Positions 36,875-50,644 of a stretch of 63,889 nucleotides of DNA are shown here, one piece after another; position 1 is the first letter of the stretch, and each line of letters opens with the position of its first letter. This DNA comes from Malacoraja senta (Eukaryota). The translations under genes were made by a program, and so were the position numbers. Location of the stretch: assembly GCA_038087875.1 (NCBI GenBank), contig CM076000.1, positions 1,984,112 to 2,048,000 on the forward strand, read 5' to 3'. The notes below the pieces were generated by a model. It worked only from the letters and a program-made list of their open reading frames with translations, did no database searches and had not been told where the DNA came from.

Positions 36875-37168
36875 ATGGTAGAGTTGCTGCCTTACAGCGC
36901 CCGAGACCCTGGTTCGATCCAGACTACGGGTGCTGTCTGTATGGAGTTTGTACGTTCTCTCTGTGACCTGCGTGAGTTTTCTCTGGCAGCTCCGGTTTCC
37001 TCCCACACTCCAAAGACGTCCAGGTTTGTAGCTTAATTGGCTTGGTAAATTTGTAAATTTTCCATAGTGTGTGTAGGATAGTGTTAGTGTGAGGGGATCA
37101 CTGGCTGCTGCGGACTCGGTGGGCTGAAGGGCCTGTTTCTGCACTGTGTCACTGAATTAAACTAAACC
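36875..37168 (+). mobile_element. HE1-like SINE
   Basis: B-box GGTTCGATCC, conserved core and GGGCTGAAGGGCCTGTTTC tail. Confidence 0.88.
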
Positions 37169-37964
37169 CTAAACTATATTTTAAGATCCTTTTAAGTGTG
37201 TAATTTTAGCCTAAGAACTACAGGGCACATAGATCAAGCCAAAAATCTCTCTAAACTGAAGTTGCTGTTGTCAAAAATTTACCTTGATGGCATTTGCTGT
37301 TATTTAATCCAGCACTTAAGTTGTGGATCTGAATTACTTCTTAGCCACATGATTTAGAGTCACCTCTAAGACCCAGTACAGTAACTTAATATAAAACAAA
37401 CCCAAATCTTTATCTCAGCAGCTGACAGACATACATTAGAATAATTCCTCTCGCCATGACTACGATGGCATGTGCTTTTCAAGTAAATTGCCCTATGATG
37501 AGGCTAATAACACATTTGGAAATGTTATTTTGAAGCAATAGACCAATTATTATTAGCAATTACTATAATATAAGCCATGCCAGAGAAAGTAATAAAATGT
37601 CACTATATGCTCTCAGAATTGGAAGTCATAGTGAACTTGTGATTAGAGTGAATATTGGCCTGAAAAAAATGCACTGGCTGTGAGTTATGTATTGATAAAA
37701 CATGAAGTAAATCTATATCAGTAGGAGATGGAATGAATAAAGTATAGATATTATAGTGGAAATGGTTAGTGTATTTGTTGCACTATTTTCCATTACATTT
37801 CCATTCATTGCCTAATTCAAGTATTCCAGAATTTTTCCTGTCTGGTGTAATTATAAATGCTGCATGCAAACTACAGTGGAAAATAGCACAGGAATACATT
37901 TCAGACAGAGAATACCTTGTTAAGACACGATGGCGTCCAGGGTTCAATTCGCTGAAAGTTCTGG

Positions 37965-38355
37965 GGGCAGAATTAGGCCATTTGGCCCATCAAGCCTGGT
38001 CCATCTTTCCCTCTCAACCCCATTCTCCTGCCTTCTTCCCATAAGCCCTGATAGCCTTACTAATTAACAATCTGTCAATCTCCGCCTTAAAAATATCCAT
38101 TGACTTGGCCTCCGCAGCCTTATGTGGCAATGAATTCCACAGATTCACCACCCTCTGATTAAAGAAATTCCTCCTCATCTTCATTCTAAAGGTGCGTCCT
38201 TTTATTCTGAGGCTATGGCCTCTGGTCCGAGACTCTATCACTAGTAGAAACATCCTCTCCAAATCCACTTTATCCAGGCCTTTCACTATTCGGTAAGTTT
38301 AAATTAGGTCCCAGTTCATCCTTCTAAACTCCAACGAGTACAGGCACAGTGCCAT
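37965..38355 (-). mobile_element. CR1 3' fragment
   Basis: ESRTRGHSLRIKGRTF...QRVVNLWNSLP peptide. Confidence 0.88.
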
Positions 38356-38679
38356 CAAATTACCTTGGGGTAATTTGAAGTATCCTTTACATTATTCCCA
38401 TATTTAGTGTTCATTTCCTCTCTTTATCCAGTTGATTTCATGTCAAACAATTTGTGCTTTAAGAGCAGGCAATGATTGTTAGTGTAGGCCCCTTGTAGGA
38501 GGTATCGCAAAACTGCCTACCAATGTCTTCCTAAGTAGTTTTTCATCCTTTGATTTCTCCCTGTGTGATCTAGCTTCAGTTAATTTTAGATTCCATCTGG
38601 ACTTTGTTCCCACCTTGCTCTCTGCTGTGAGAATGTATTCTTTAGTTCACAGCTCTATCACTGGGTGAACATAAAACAC

Positions 38680-39500
38680 AGAACATAGAGCATAGAACAG
38701 CACAGCACAAGAACAGGTCCTTCGGCCCACAATATCTGTGCTAAACATGATGCCAAGACCATCTCTTATCTCTTAAGGTCATAAGGTCATAAGTAATAGG
38801 AGCAGAATTAGGTCGAATAAGTAATAGGAACAGGATTAGGTAGAATAAGTAATAGGAACAGGAATTAGAAAAATAATTAGGTCATTCGGCCCATCAAGTC
38901 TACTCTGCCATTCAATTATGGCTGATCTATCTCTCCCTCCTAACCCCATTCTTCTGCCTTCTCCCCATGACCCCTGACACCCATACTAATCAAGAGTCTG
39001 CACATAATCCAGATCCCTCCATTCCCTACATATAGATATGTCTATCCAAAAGTCTCTTTAATGCCATTAGCTCATCTGCCTCAACCATCAACCTCAGAAG
39101 TATGTTCCAGGCACTCACCACGCTCTGTAAAAAAAAAAAGCTGCCCTGCATATCACCTTTAAACTTTGACCCTCTAACCTTAAAGCTATGCCTTCTAGTA
39201 TTTGATTTTTTCCACTCTGGGAAAAAGGTTCTGACCTCTATGCCTCTCATAATGTTATGTATACCAGGTCTCCACACAATATCTGGTGATCCAGAGAAAA
39301 CAATCCAAGTATATTCAACTTCTCCCTGCAGCTAATACCACCTAATCCAGGTTTCATTCTGACATCATTTCCAAAGCCTCCACATCCTTCCTGTAATGAT
39401 CAAAACTGCATGCAATACTCCAAATGTAGTTTAACCAAAGTTCCATAAAGTTGCATCATGACTTCCTGAGTCGTATGCCTTCTTTACCATTCTTCCCACT
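38680..39500 (-). mobile_element. CR1 3' fragment containing a second CR1 tail (38775-38996) with a 28-bp tandem triplication
   Basis: TAAGTAATAGGA(A/G)CAG.ATTAGGT.GAA repeated three times at 38790-38870. Confidence 0.7.
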
Positions 39501-39529
39501 CTTATAACTTTGGTATAAGATCTTAGTTT

Positions 39530-39887
39530 CCTGCCCATAGTAGGGGAATTAAGGTGATGGGGAAAGATTTAATAGGAACCTGAGGGGTAACTTTTTTACA
39601 CAAAGGATGGTGGGTGTATGGAATGAGCTGCTGGAGGACGTAGTTGAGGCAGGTACTACCGCAATCTGCACGAGATACCCCAGCTGTTGGTGGTTGTGCA
39701 GTAAACGAGCAGAAGCAAAAGCAATGTTTAAGAAACCTTTAGACAGGTACATGGATAGGACAGCTTCAGAGGGATATAGGCCAAATGCAGGCAGGTGGGA
39801 CTAGTTTAGGTGGGGCATGTTGGTCGGTGTGGGCAAGTTGGGCCAAAGGGCTTATCTCCATGCTGTACCACTCTATGACTCTATCTT
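39530..39887 (+). mobile_element. CR1 3' fragment
   Basis: FFTQRMVGVWNELLEDVVEAG peptide. Confidence 0.8.
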
Positions 39888-40138
39888 AAGCTGGCTGCCT
39901 ACCCCTTTTCTGGAGTTACATCCGTGTCTGGGTGGTGTTAGAGTGGGACTACACGCTGTCCACGGGCGCCCTGGGGGATTTCCGGGACCGCTGGGCACCG
40001 CGGGAGGTTGAATGCATCCTTGACAAGGAGTGTAAGATAGTTGTATAATAGTTTACCGTTTGTCATGTATTATGTTGGTGGGTTCTGTAAAATATTATTT
40101 TAATATCTGAATAAATATTTTTGATTTTTAAAAAAAGA
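39888..40138 (+). mobile_element. Tx1/L1-clade LINE 3' end
   Basis: GCLPLFWSYIRVWVVLEWDYTLSTGALGDFRDRWAPREVECILDKECKIVV* followed by AATAAA and an A-tail. CTATCTT is duplicated at 39881-39887 and 40139-40145. Confidence 0.7.
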
Positions 40139-40869
40139 CTATCTTGCATGTAATGGGAACTTTATTGGCTTTGTGAGGATCTCCTTCATTAGAAGTTCTT
40201 TTTTTAAGTGACTAGCTACATATATATCAGATTCTGTTTAAAACATTAGTGCTAATTGCCCTTAGAACACACAATGCCTCTAGAGAGCCATTGGATAGCT
40301 TACCTTTAATCAGAAAGTTTAAAACGATTAAAACAAATTCATTTACAGAAAACACCTTTAATTGCGAGATAATATTGAATGAAATCTAGAGATTCGCCAC
40401 TCACAAGTAAGTTGTTAATTTTGAAATGCTCTAGCTTAGTATAGTTTAGTTTAGTTTTGTTTGTTGTCACCTTTACCGAGGTACAGTGAAAACCTTTTTG
40501 TTGTGTGCTAACCAGTCAGCGGAAAGACTTTCCATGATTACAATCGAGCCATCCACAATCGAGTCTAGAATCAGATGGCGCAGTGTACAGATACATGATA
40601 AAGGGAATAGAAATGCTGCTGTTAGAGTAGAGGCTTAAAAGAGTGGAGCGATTGTAACGCGTGATTGCACATCCACTTCTGGGACCAGCACACAGAGAGT
40701 CACCTGGTTTGGGCAACTTTCATTTTGAAGTGGAACACTTTTGTGGGTTGTGGAAACAAGATTATGGAGGTAGATAAATGTCTGAATGATCTGGGGCTTT
40801 GATGAGCTGGCGCAGAGGAGAAGTTGATGTCTAGGGTAAATCACAATTAGTGGTTGGGACGCTCAAGAG

Positions 40870-41290
40870 TTCAGTTTAATTTAGTTTATTGTCACGTGTA
40901 CCGAGGTACAGTGAACAGCTTTTTGTTGCATGCTATCCAGCCAAAGAAGAGACTATACATGATTGCAACCAAGTCGTCCACAGTGTACAGATATATGATA
41001 AAGGGTATTACATGTAGTACAAGATAAAGTCTGATTAAAGATAGTTCAAAGATCTTCAATGAGGCAGATGGGAGGTCAGGACAGCTAGCTAGTTGGTGAT
41101 AGGATGGTTCAGTTGTCTGATAACAGCTGGGAAGAAACTATCACTGAATCTGGAGGTGTGCGTTTTGAAACTTCTTGTATGTCTTGCCTGATGGGAGTGT
41201 GGAGAAGAGGGAGTGACGGGGGTGAGCCTCATCCTTGATTATGCTTTGAGGAGGCAGTGTGAAGTGTAGATGGAATCCATGGAGGTCAGT
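40870..41290 (-). mobile_element. Rex1/Babar 3' fragment
   Basis: IIKDEAHPRHSLFSTLPSGK peptide and the CACTGTACCTCGGTACACGTGACAATAAA tail. Confidence 0.75.
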
Positions 41291-41299
41291 TGGCTTGGG

Positions 41300-41832
41300 C
41301 TTTATAAGGCACTGGTCAGACCGCATTTCGAGCATTATGAGTAATTTTGGGCACGATGTCTGAGGAAGGATGTGCTGGTGTTGTCGAGGGTCCAGAGGAG
41401 ATCTGTGAGAATGATCTAGGGGATGATTGTGATTGATACACCCTGGAATTTAGAAGGATAAGTGGGGATCTCATTTAAACCTTTTGAATAAAGAAAGGCT
41501 GAGATGGAGTGGATGTGGAGAGGCATTTTCCAGTAGGGAGAGTCTAGAATCAGATGGCACATCCTCAGACGTAGAGGACACACCTTTAGAATGGGGATGA
41601 GGTGGAATTTCGTTATCCAGAGGGTGGTGAATCTGTGGAATTCATTTGCACAGACTGCTGTGAAGGCGAAGTCATTGGGTATTTTTAAAATACTTTTTAA
41701 GAGTGATAGGTTCTTGATCAGTAAGAGCTTCAAAGGTTACGGGGAGGAGGCAGGAGTTTGGGAAAAATAGATCAGCCACGAACAAATGGAGGAGCAGACT
41801 CAATGGGCTAAATGGCCCAATACAGCTCCTAT
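41300..41832 (+). mobile_element. CR1 3' fragment
   Basis: Decayed LVRPH.E...FW and QRVVNLWNS coding remnants. Confidence 0.8.
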
Positions 41833-42130
41833 GTTTAGTTTAGTTTAGAAATACTGCATGGACACAGGCCCTTCGACCCACTATATCCGTGCCGACCAGT
41901 GATCCCTGCACACACACTATTCTATACACACGAGGGGCAATTTATAATTATACCAAGCCAATTAACCTGTATGTCTTTGGAGTGTGGGAGGAAACTGGAG
42001 CACCTGGAGAAAACCCACGTGGTCACAGGGAGAATGTACAAACTCCATACAGACAGCACCCGTAGTCAGGATTGAACCCGGGTCTCTGGCGCTGTAAGGC
42101 AGCAACTCTATGGCTGCGCCACCATGCTGC
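41833..42130 (-). mobile_element. HE1-like SINE
   Basis: Complete head, core and tail on the minus strand. Confidence 0.9.
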
Positions 42131-45100
42131 TGATCTTATGAGTTGGGCTATTTTTACTTGTACTTACGACATTAAAATAATATAAATCAAAGACATGAAA
42201 AATGGCTTTCAATCAAGGCCACAATACCATTCAAAACAATGGGGTCGCACTACATATGGAAGCTAGTCTTTGGGTCGGGGTGTTGGACAGGGATGAGTTC
42301 AGTGGTGGAACTGTAGGTCAGTTGCTTTGGCGGGTGATTGTAAGTCCATTCCCAGCTTTTGCGTTACTATGAACAGGCGTGAAAGTCAGAATGTGCTGCA
42401 GCTAGCTGGCAGATCTCTATGCAAGAGCTTATTATGCTTCTACCAACACAAACTCTATTGTTGAATATTCAGCAGGTCTAGAAGTTGTCAGAAGATTATA
42501 TATCACGTACTAAAATAGATAAAAATGTAACTTTTTATATTTTTTCACTGTGCAAATGTACTCTGGATTTTTAGTAGAACACTGATACTGACAGCTTGCA
42601 AATCACATAAAAGATAACAAAGATGTTTGCCATAAAAGTCTATCATCTGGATCCCAACCATCAGCAAAATCCATTGAACTGAATTATGGGTTATAAAGTC
42701 AGAAAATGCTGGATATATTCAACAGGTCAGGCAGCATCTGTGGAGAAAGAAATAATGTTTCAAGTCATCGAAAGGTCATTAATGAGATAACATTGATCTG
42801 CTGAGTGTAGCCAGCAATTTTGTTTTAATTTCAGATTTCCAGCATCTACAGCTTTTTGCTTTTGTGTTCTCATTTAATTGGTCTTTTGTCACAACAGTGG
42901 ACAGTCAGAACCTTTTTTCCCAGGGTGGAAATGTCAAAGGTTAGAGGGTAGAGATCTGAGGTGAGAGGTGCAAAGTTTAAAGACCTGCGGGGTAATTTTC
43001 CTTTCACAGAGGGTGGTGGGAGCCTGGAACGTGCTGCCAGAAGTGGTGGTGGAGGCAGATACAATAGTGGTATTTAAGAGGCTTTTGAATAGGCGTGGGT
43101 ATGCCTGGAATGGAGTGATATGGATTATGTGCAGGCAGATGAGATCAGTTTAACTTGGCATCATGTTTGGCACAGACATTGTGGGCGAAAGGGCCTGTTC
43201 CTGTTCTGTACTGTTCTATCCGTCAATTTTTATCTTTTCATTTGGGTTGCTTATATAAAATACGGCCATCTTGGCTGCTATTTCCTATGTAATCTCTCCC
43301 ATTCATGACCTGACAAACTTCATCTGAATGCCAATTTTGGCTTTCTCAATGAAATCATTATACTGTGTCCCTTTATCTGCTCACTTTCCTTTCTGCATTA
43401 TCACTACCCTCTGAAAAGTGTATCTCTATTTTCCTTGCATTATACACATCAAAGGTCATCCAAATTCAATCTTCTCTGATGAACCTGGTTTGTGCGCTCA
43501 GCGAATGTGCTAAATTTGTTCATGAAAATGGTACAGTCACGTGAAAAACTGACAATTTATAATCGTTTTAAATCTTGGCAGCATTATCTTCCCAAGTATC
43601 AACTTCTGAACGGTCCTTCCATAAGCGAGGGTACTGCCTGACATGCTTCTATCCCATTGCGGACATTGGACTTTGTCAATGGAACTGATGCACTACAATA
43701 CTGAGAACTATATTCTGCACTCTGTATCTTCCCCTTTACTCTGCCTATTGTACTCGGGTTCAACACGATTGTATTTATGTATCGTCTTATCTGATCTGAT
43801 TGGATAGCATGTAAAACAAAGCTTTTCACTGTACCTCAGTACACGTGACAATATTAAACCTAAACCTAAACGGTGCATTAAATAATGGGCATAACCTGAA
43901 GGCAGTAATCTATAAAAAAACAAGAGTACCATTAGCTTACAGGTTAAGATCATAAATAGTAAATAAGTTGTGACTAATGGAAGGTTTAAAGAGTTTCATT
44001 ACACATTCCCCCCCTTAATTACAGACACTCAGAATATGATTATTTAAAAAATGCTTGCTAACGAAGCTCAAAACACCTATCATACAAATGCTATTCCCTC
44101 CATTTAAACAATGCAATTTTTCTTTGCACAATTGCTGTTTTGCCCTGCTTCTCAGAATGAACAGAAACCAATTACATACAATCCATAACAGACCATTCCA
44201 AGGTTAAAGGCTAGTCAGCTGTGCCAGTCCTTGTATGAGAGGCTGGGGTTGGAAGTGCTGGTCGATCTGTACTATTCTTGCATTATAGATCAGCCTCTGT
44301 CTGTGTGTGTCTCTCTCTCCAGTCTTTTTCTCTGTGAACCTAATCCTAACAGTTCAGTAGATCCATATGAAATATTTTCACGGTTCAATTCATGTAATTA
44401 GATACTCTGCTTTAGAGGTCATGTCCTGAAATTTGTAAGGCATCATAAGAACTCCTCGGATGTCAGTCCTGGCAGTGCAGGCCGTATTGATTTTGGTCAG
44501 TATTCACCAATGCGCTGACACATCACTGTAGATGCTGATGTCAGCTTAAACCTCAGATAATTGGCATATATTGTATTCATTTGGATACTAACTTTAAGCA
44601 GTTTTTCACATCTTAGCCTCTGCCCCTTCTCCAGAGATGTAGCCATTGTCTGTCAAAACATTGCTGCAAAAACAAAGTAACTTTTGAATTGTCCATGCAG
44701 CACGTTAGAAGTATGGTAATTAAATTTGTGCGGAAACGAGGAGCTGCAGGTGCTGTTTACAAAAGAAATGACGCAAAACTGCTGGAGTAACTCAGTGGGT
44801 CAGGCAGCATTCCCGGATAATATGGATAGGTAATGTTTTGGGTCGGCACCTTTCTCAAGTTACAAATCTGTATTGTGTGTTTCAGGAGAAAGGATGTTTC
44901 AAAAGGCTTCATAACCAATTGAAAACTTGATGGTGGGTGGTTAAATAATGCAATGTAGGATATCTAATTTCTGAACTAGATTGTCCAGCATCCTCTCATC
45001 ATTATTGCTAAATTGGAGCATTAGGTGCAGTTCTGGTTGGGCCATGACTAGAAGGAGGGTGGCACAGAGAGCGACACGGTGGCACAGCGGTAGAGTTGTT

Positions 45101-46724
45101 GATTTACAGCGCCAGATCCGGATTTGATCCTGGCCGAAGGATCTGTTTCCATGCTGTACCTCTAAACTAAACGAAACTAAGCTACAGAGAGCAGATAAAT
45201 AGGGCCAGTATTCATAAAAACAGAAAGTTTGAGAATGTTGTATTGGACCCTGTAGGTTGCAACCGATGGAACATGAGGTGTTGTTTCTTGTGCTTGAGTT
45301 GGGTCTCGCTGTGACATTAAAGGAGATCACCAGGTCAAGGTGCAACGCTGAGTTAAGGTGAAGACAAGCAGAAGCTCAGGGTCACCCCCCCCCCCCCCCC
45401 ACCCCAGACTGAGCACAGATGCTCCCAAAGCACCCAACCTGTCTGTAGCTTCTCCAATGTAGAGGAGGCCACATGGTGAATATTAAATGCAGCACATTAG
45501 ATAGGAAGACATGCAATTAAATCTTCCATGTAAATAACGACTGGTTTCACGATGTAATAAAAATGAATTGCAGATGCTGGTTTATACCAAAGATGGACAC
45601 AAAAAGCTGTAGTTTACATATTCTGTTGTGCTGCTGCATGTAAGAATTCCATTGTTCTATCTGGGGCATATGACAATAAAACACTCGTGACTCTCTTGAC
45701 TCTTGAGTAACTCAACGGGTCAGGCAGCAACTCTGGAGAACATGGATAGGTGACTTTTCAGGTCGGGACCCTTCTTCAGATAAATTGTTGGGAGGAGGAA
45801 CTGGTAGCAAGAAAAGACCAGGACAAAACCTACTGTACATCATCTACCTTTGAATTTGAAGTCAGTTCTCACACACAAGGTTTCAAGCCACAATATTACT
45901 ACGTTTTGTTTACTCCACTTCTTTGTGGATTATACTGCTTTCTTCACAATATCTACTAATTTACTCTCCAGATGTACTACTGTAGCTCCAATTAGATCAA
46001 AATATCTTCAGAAATGTCTTCAGTTATGACAATCATAGTTGTCTGACAGAGACACAAGGAACTGCAGATGCTGGAATCTTGAGCAAAATGCAAAGTGTTC
46101 ATAAGGTCATAAGGAATAGGAGAAGAATTAGGCCATTCGGCCCATTAAGTCTACTCCGCCATTCAATCATGGCTGATCTATCTCTCCCTCCTAACCCAAT
46201 TCTCCTGCCTTCTCACCATAACCCCTGACACCTGTACTAATCAAGAGGAACTCCAGTCGTGTCAGACCGTTTCTGTGGAAAGAATGAATAGCCAACGTTT
46301 CGGGTCAGGATCCTTTTTCAGACTAATGATTGTAGCGGGGTGGAGGTGGTGAGAATGGGGTTTTGAAAGGAGAGGTGGGGGGCGGACAAAATCTGACAAG
46401 TAGGTACAGGTGAGAGGTGTTGGGTTGGCGGATGGGTGGAGTCATTGACAATGGAGACAAAAGGGTGTCAGATATGGCGAGATGAGGAGTGAAATGTAAA
46501 GCCAGAGGAAGGGATGTAGTGGGAAGGGGACAGTGGGGAGACAGGGATACAAAAGGGAAAAAGCGGGACATGGTAAAGGGAGATAAATGTACGAAGGAGG
46601 GGAATGAAGCTGGGTGGCTCCTTGTTAGAGAAATGAATCAAGCAATTACAAGCTCTCCACACTTTGATTCAAGTTTTGTCTCTTGGTTTTGAGCAACTTT
46701 TGTAAATATCTGTCCAATTAGGGC

Positions 46725-47030
46725 ACACACAGTGGAGCATCTGGTAGAGCTGCTGCCTCACAGCACCAGAGATACAAGTTCAATCCTGACCGCAGATGCT
46801 GTTAGTGTTTAGTTTGCACATTCTCCCTGTGGCCGCGTGGGTTTCCTCCGGGTGCTCCGGTTTCCTCCCACATCCCAAAGACGTGGGGGTTTGTAGTTTA
46901 ATTGACCTCTGTAAGAATTGCCCCCTAGTGTGTAGGCAGTGGGTGAGAAAGTGGGAAGCTGGAGTGAATGGGTGATTAATGTGCTCGATGGGCCAAAGGG
47001 CCTGTTTGCATGCTGTATCTATAAACTAAA
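46725..47030 (+). mobile_element. HE1-like SINE
   Basis: tRNA-like head, conserved core and tail. Confidence 0.85.
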
Positions 47031-47882
47031 TTAGACAGCGTCTATTTAAACTAGACAGCGTGATATTTAGAAATAAGAACTGCAGATGGTAGTTAATACA
47101 CAAAAGGACACAAAGTGCTGGGGTAACTCAGGGGGTCAGGCAGCATCCCTGGAGAAATTGGATAGGTGGCGTTCTGACCCTTCCTCAGACGTCTGATATT
47201 TCTGATTTGTCTGAAGAAGGGTCCTAACCCTAATGTCACCCATCTTTTTTCTCCAGAGATGCTGCCCGACCCGCTGAGTTACTCCAACACTGTGTCCACT
47301 GATATTTATTTGTTGAATGGTCCCTCTGGATAACTTAATCAGTACCCCATATTATTTTGCGTCGGAAGGAACTGGTTTAAACCGAAAATAGACACAAAAA
47401 GCTGGTGTAACAGCGGGTCAGACAGCATCTCTTGAGTTCCAGGCTCAGCACCAGGCCCAATATTATTTTGCTTTCCTTGCCAATGCTAATCTTTACAGTA
47501 TTTCCATTAAACAATTGCATATCTGCTGCTAATTACACTCATCCCCTCCAGCCACTGAATGCTCACTTGTGAGGTCATGTCACTGTTGAACATCTAACAC
47601 TATGTCCCCTAATACCCTAAACATTCCCTGGCTTGTCTATACTTGCACGTGTTTTCTACGGGAATAAGATTTGCTTTGAAGTTGCTGATTTTCGTCCAGT
47701 TTTGGCTTTTCATCTCCCGCTGTCTGTCTCGGTCTGAACCACACCTAGCACTGCACACACTCTCAAGTTTCCACTTTGCGTTTGCGTCTCATTGCTGTTT
47801 TCATTAAGATCACAACCACTGTACAGTTTTTAAACAGAGGAGTTTGCTTTGAAATCCTAGTCCATACTTTGAGCTTGGAATG

Positions 47883-48307
47883 GGGCAGTACAGTGGCACA
47901 GCAATAGTTTCTACCTCACAGCACCACAGACCCGGGTACAATCCTGACTGCAGGTGTTGTCTGTACGGAGTTGGTACGTTCTCCCTGTGACTGCGTGGGT
48001 TTTCTCCGGGTGCTCCGGTTTTCTCCCACACTCCCAAAGATGTACAGGTTGCACTATCTTGCATTATATGTTATTCCCATTATCCTGTATCTGTACACTT
48101 TGGACGGCTCGATTGTAATCATGTATAGTTGTTCCGACTGGATAGCACGCAACAAAAAGCTTTTCACTGTACCTAGGTACACGTGACAATAAACTAAACT
48201 AAACTGAGGTTTCTGCAAATTGTCCCTAGTGTGTAGGATGGTGCTAGTGTACAGGGTGATCACTGGCCGGCTGTTGGGGCTGTTTCCACGCTGAATCTCT
48301 AAAGTCT
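47883..48307 (+). mobile_element. HE1-like SINE interrupted by a LINE tail (~48050-48205)
   Basis: The SINE core resumes after ...GTGACAATAAACTAAACTAAAC. Confidence 0.75.
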
Positions 48308-48529
48308 AAAATCTGTTTACTATTTACTTCACCTGTAAATGATTTAATTTAACATATATTGATATTGCTTATTGGTTCAATTAAATTGCCTCTTTCATTC
48401 CTATTCTCCTTCTGTGTTTTACTTTAAATCTGCCTTCATAGCTGCTGAGTACCAGCTATTATCAAACTACTGAATGAGACATAAGGAAATGCAGATGTTG
48501 GTTTACAAAAAAAAGAACCCGATTTAAGC

Positions 48530-48794
48530 AGTTCAGAGATCTAGCGTGGAATCAGGCCCTTCAGACCACTGTGTCCGTGCCGACCAGCAATCACTCTGTA
48601 CACTAGTTCCATCCTAGGGACAAATTACAGAAACCAATTAATCTGCAAACTAACATTTCTTTGGGATGTGGGAGAAAACTCATATGGTTACAGGGAGAAC
48701 GTGCAAACGCCGTACAGACAGCATCTATAGTCAGGATTGAACCCGGGCCCCTCGTGCTGTACAGCAGCAACTGTACTGCTGCGCCACTGTGCCG
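48530..48794 (-). mobile_element. HE1-like SINE
   Basis: Reverse-strand head, core and tail. Confidence 0.82.
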
Positions 48795-48983
48795 CAGATG
48801 GTTGTAGGAAAGTAGCTGTTCCTGAAGCTGGTGACTTCCAGCATTCAGTACTTGTACCAAAGCTTGGTTCAAACCTATTCTGCTATATCTGGTAGTTTAG
48901 TTCAATTTAAAGATACAGCATGGAAACAGGGCTTTCTGCCTACCAGGTCCACACCGCCAATTGACCACCTGTTCCACTAGTTA

Positions 48984-49400
48984 CATAGAAACATAGAAAC
49001 ATAGAAACTAGGTGCAGGAGTAGGCCATTCGGCCCTTCGAGCCTGCACCGCCATTCAATATGATCATGGCTGATCATCCAACTCAGTATCCCGTACCTGC
49101 CTTCTCTCCATACCCTCTGATCCCTTTAGCCACAAGGGCCACATCTAACTCCCTCTTAAATATAGCCAATGAACTGGCCTCGACTACCCTATGTGGCAGA
49201 GAGTTCCAGAGGTTCACCACTCTCTGTGTGAAAAAAGTTCTTCTCATCTCGGTTTTAAAGGATTTCCCCCTTATCCTTAAGCTGTGACCCCTTGTCCTGG
49301 ACTTCCCCAACATCGGGAGCAATCTTCCTGCATCTAGCCTGTCCAACCCCTTAAGAATTTTGTAAGTTTCTATAAGATCCCCTCTCAATCTCCTAAATTC
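48984..49400 (-). mobile_element. Young CR1 3' end
   Basis: Its 101-aa ORF differs from that of 7119-7424 at 6 positions. Confidence 0.92.
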
Positions 49401-49832
49401 TTCACGGGTAGCGACCCTTCCCTCTTCACTTTAGAGACATGGTTTATTTTAATAAATCAAAATTGTATTTTTTAGGACAGGATGCAGTTTGGACTCAGCT
49501 AAAGTGCTTTGTGAGACAGCATTAAATTAAATAAATCAACCTAAAGCATAATATTACCATGAATGTAAAAGCTAATACTGGGAAATATAATCATAGATGC
49601 TTGCATGGGAGAGAGAGGGGGCAAGGGGAGGAGTGGGTGGGTGTGGGGGAGAGGCGGGAGTTTTCAGAAGCAATAATTGCAGGGTTGTGCATTATTAATG
49701 AAAACAAGCTGCATAGATTGGAACTAATGGAATACTCATGTGCGGTCTAGATAAGAGTTCCTCCACCACAGTTTTTTGTTCAAGACCTCCAATTTTATTT
49801 GTCTTCTAAGTGGGAAAATATTTGCCGAAACA

Positions 49833-50010
49833 ATTTTATTTTAATGACTTTGCAAAAATTTCTAAACACCCGTTTTCGCTTCTTCATTCTGGCGTATTGT
49901 GTGTAGATTGATGATTTAAAAAAAAAGAATTTCATCCATTTTAAAATAAGGCTGTAACGTAACAAAATGAGGAAAAAGTGAAGGGGTCTGAATACTCTCT
50001 GAATGCACTG
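49833..50010 (+). mobile_element. Solo terminal inverted repeat of a second Tc1 family (TZF28-like)
   Basis: Ends AAGGGGTCTGAATACTCTCTGAATGCACTG|TA. No partner TIR or transposase was found. Confidence 0.75.
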
Positions 50011-50644
50011 TAGATCGTTGGTTGGCATGGATTCGGTGGGCCAAAGGGCCTGTTTCCATGCTATTTCTTTAAAGTAAACTAAACTAAACTCTATCCCACT
50101 GAGTTACTCCAGCAGTTTGTGTTTCTTTTTAAGAAAATATTTGGCTTGAATTAGATACAGAGAAATGGTGAACTCAAACATCGCTACACTGCCAAAGGCA
50201 ATGGTGTTGTATTGTAGTCAGTAGAGCAATCTTAACTCACTGGTGCAGTTGGGTTGGATTGTAATAGAAGTAATTATTTAATTAACAATTCTGAATCTAA
50301 ACCTAATCATAATGTCTAATGTAAACCTAATAATAACACAGTGTCTGAGGCAGCACCTCTGGAGGATGTGGATAGTTGATGTTTTAGATTGAAAATGGGT
50401 CCTGACACGAACGTCGCCTGCCCATGTACCTTCAGAGATGCTGCCTGACCTGCTGAGTCACTCCAGCAATTTGTGCTTTTTTGTAAACCAGGATCAGCAG
50501 TTCCTTGTGTCAACCCAATGGTAATAGGCCGGGTTGAATAGGCTGGTGCATTACCTGCAATGCTTATGGGCGTAAAAGAATGGGAGCATATATATCTTTG
50601 CAAAAAATGTTTAAATCTTCCCCATTCCCTCACAATTGGCATAG

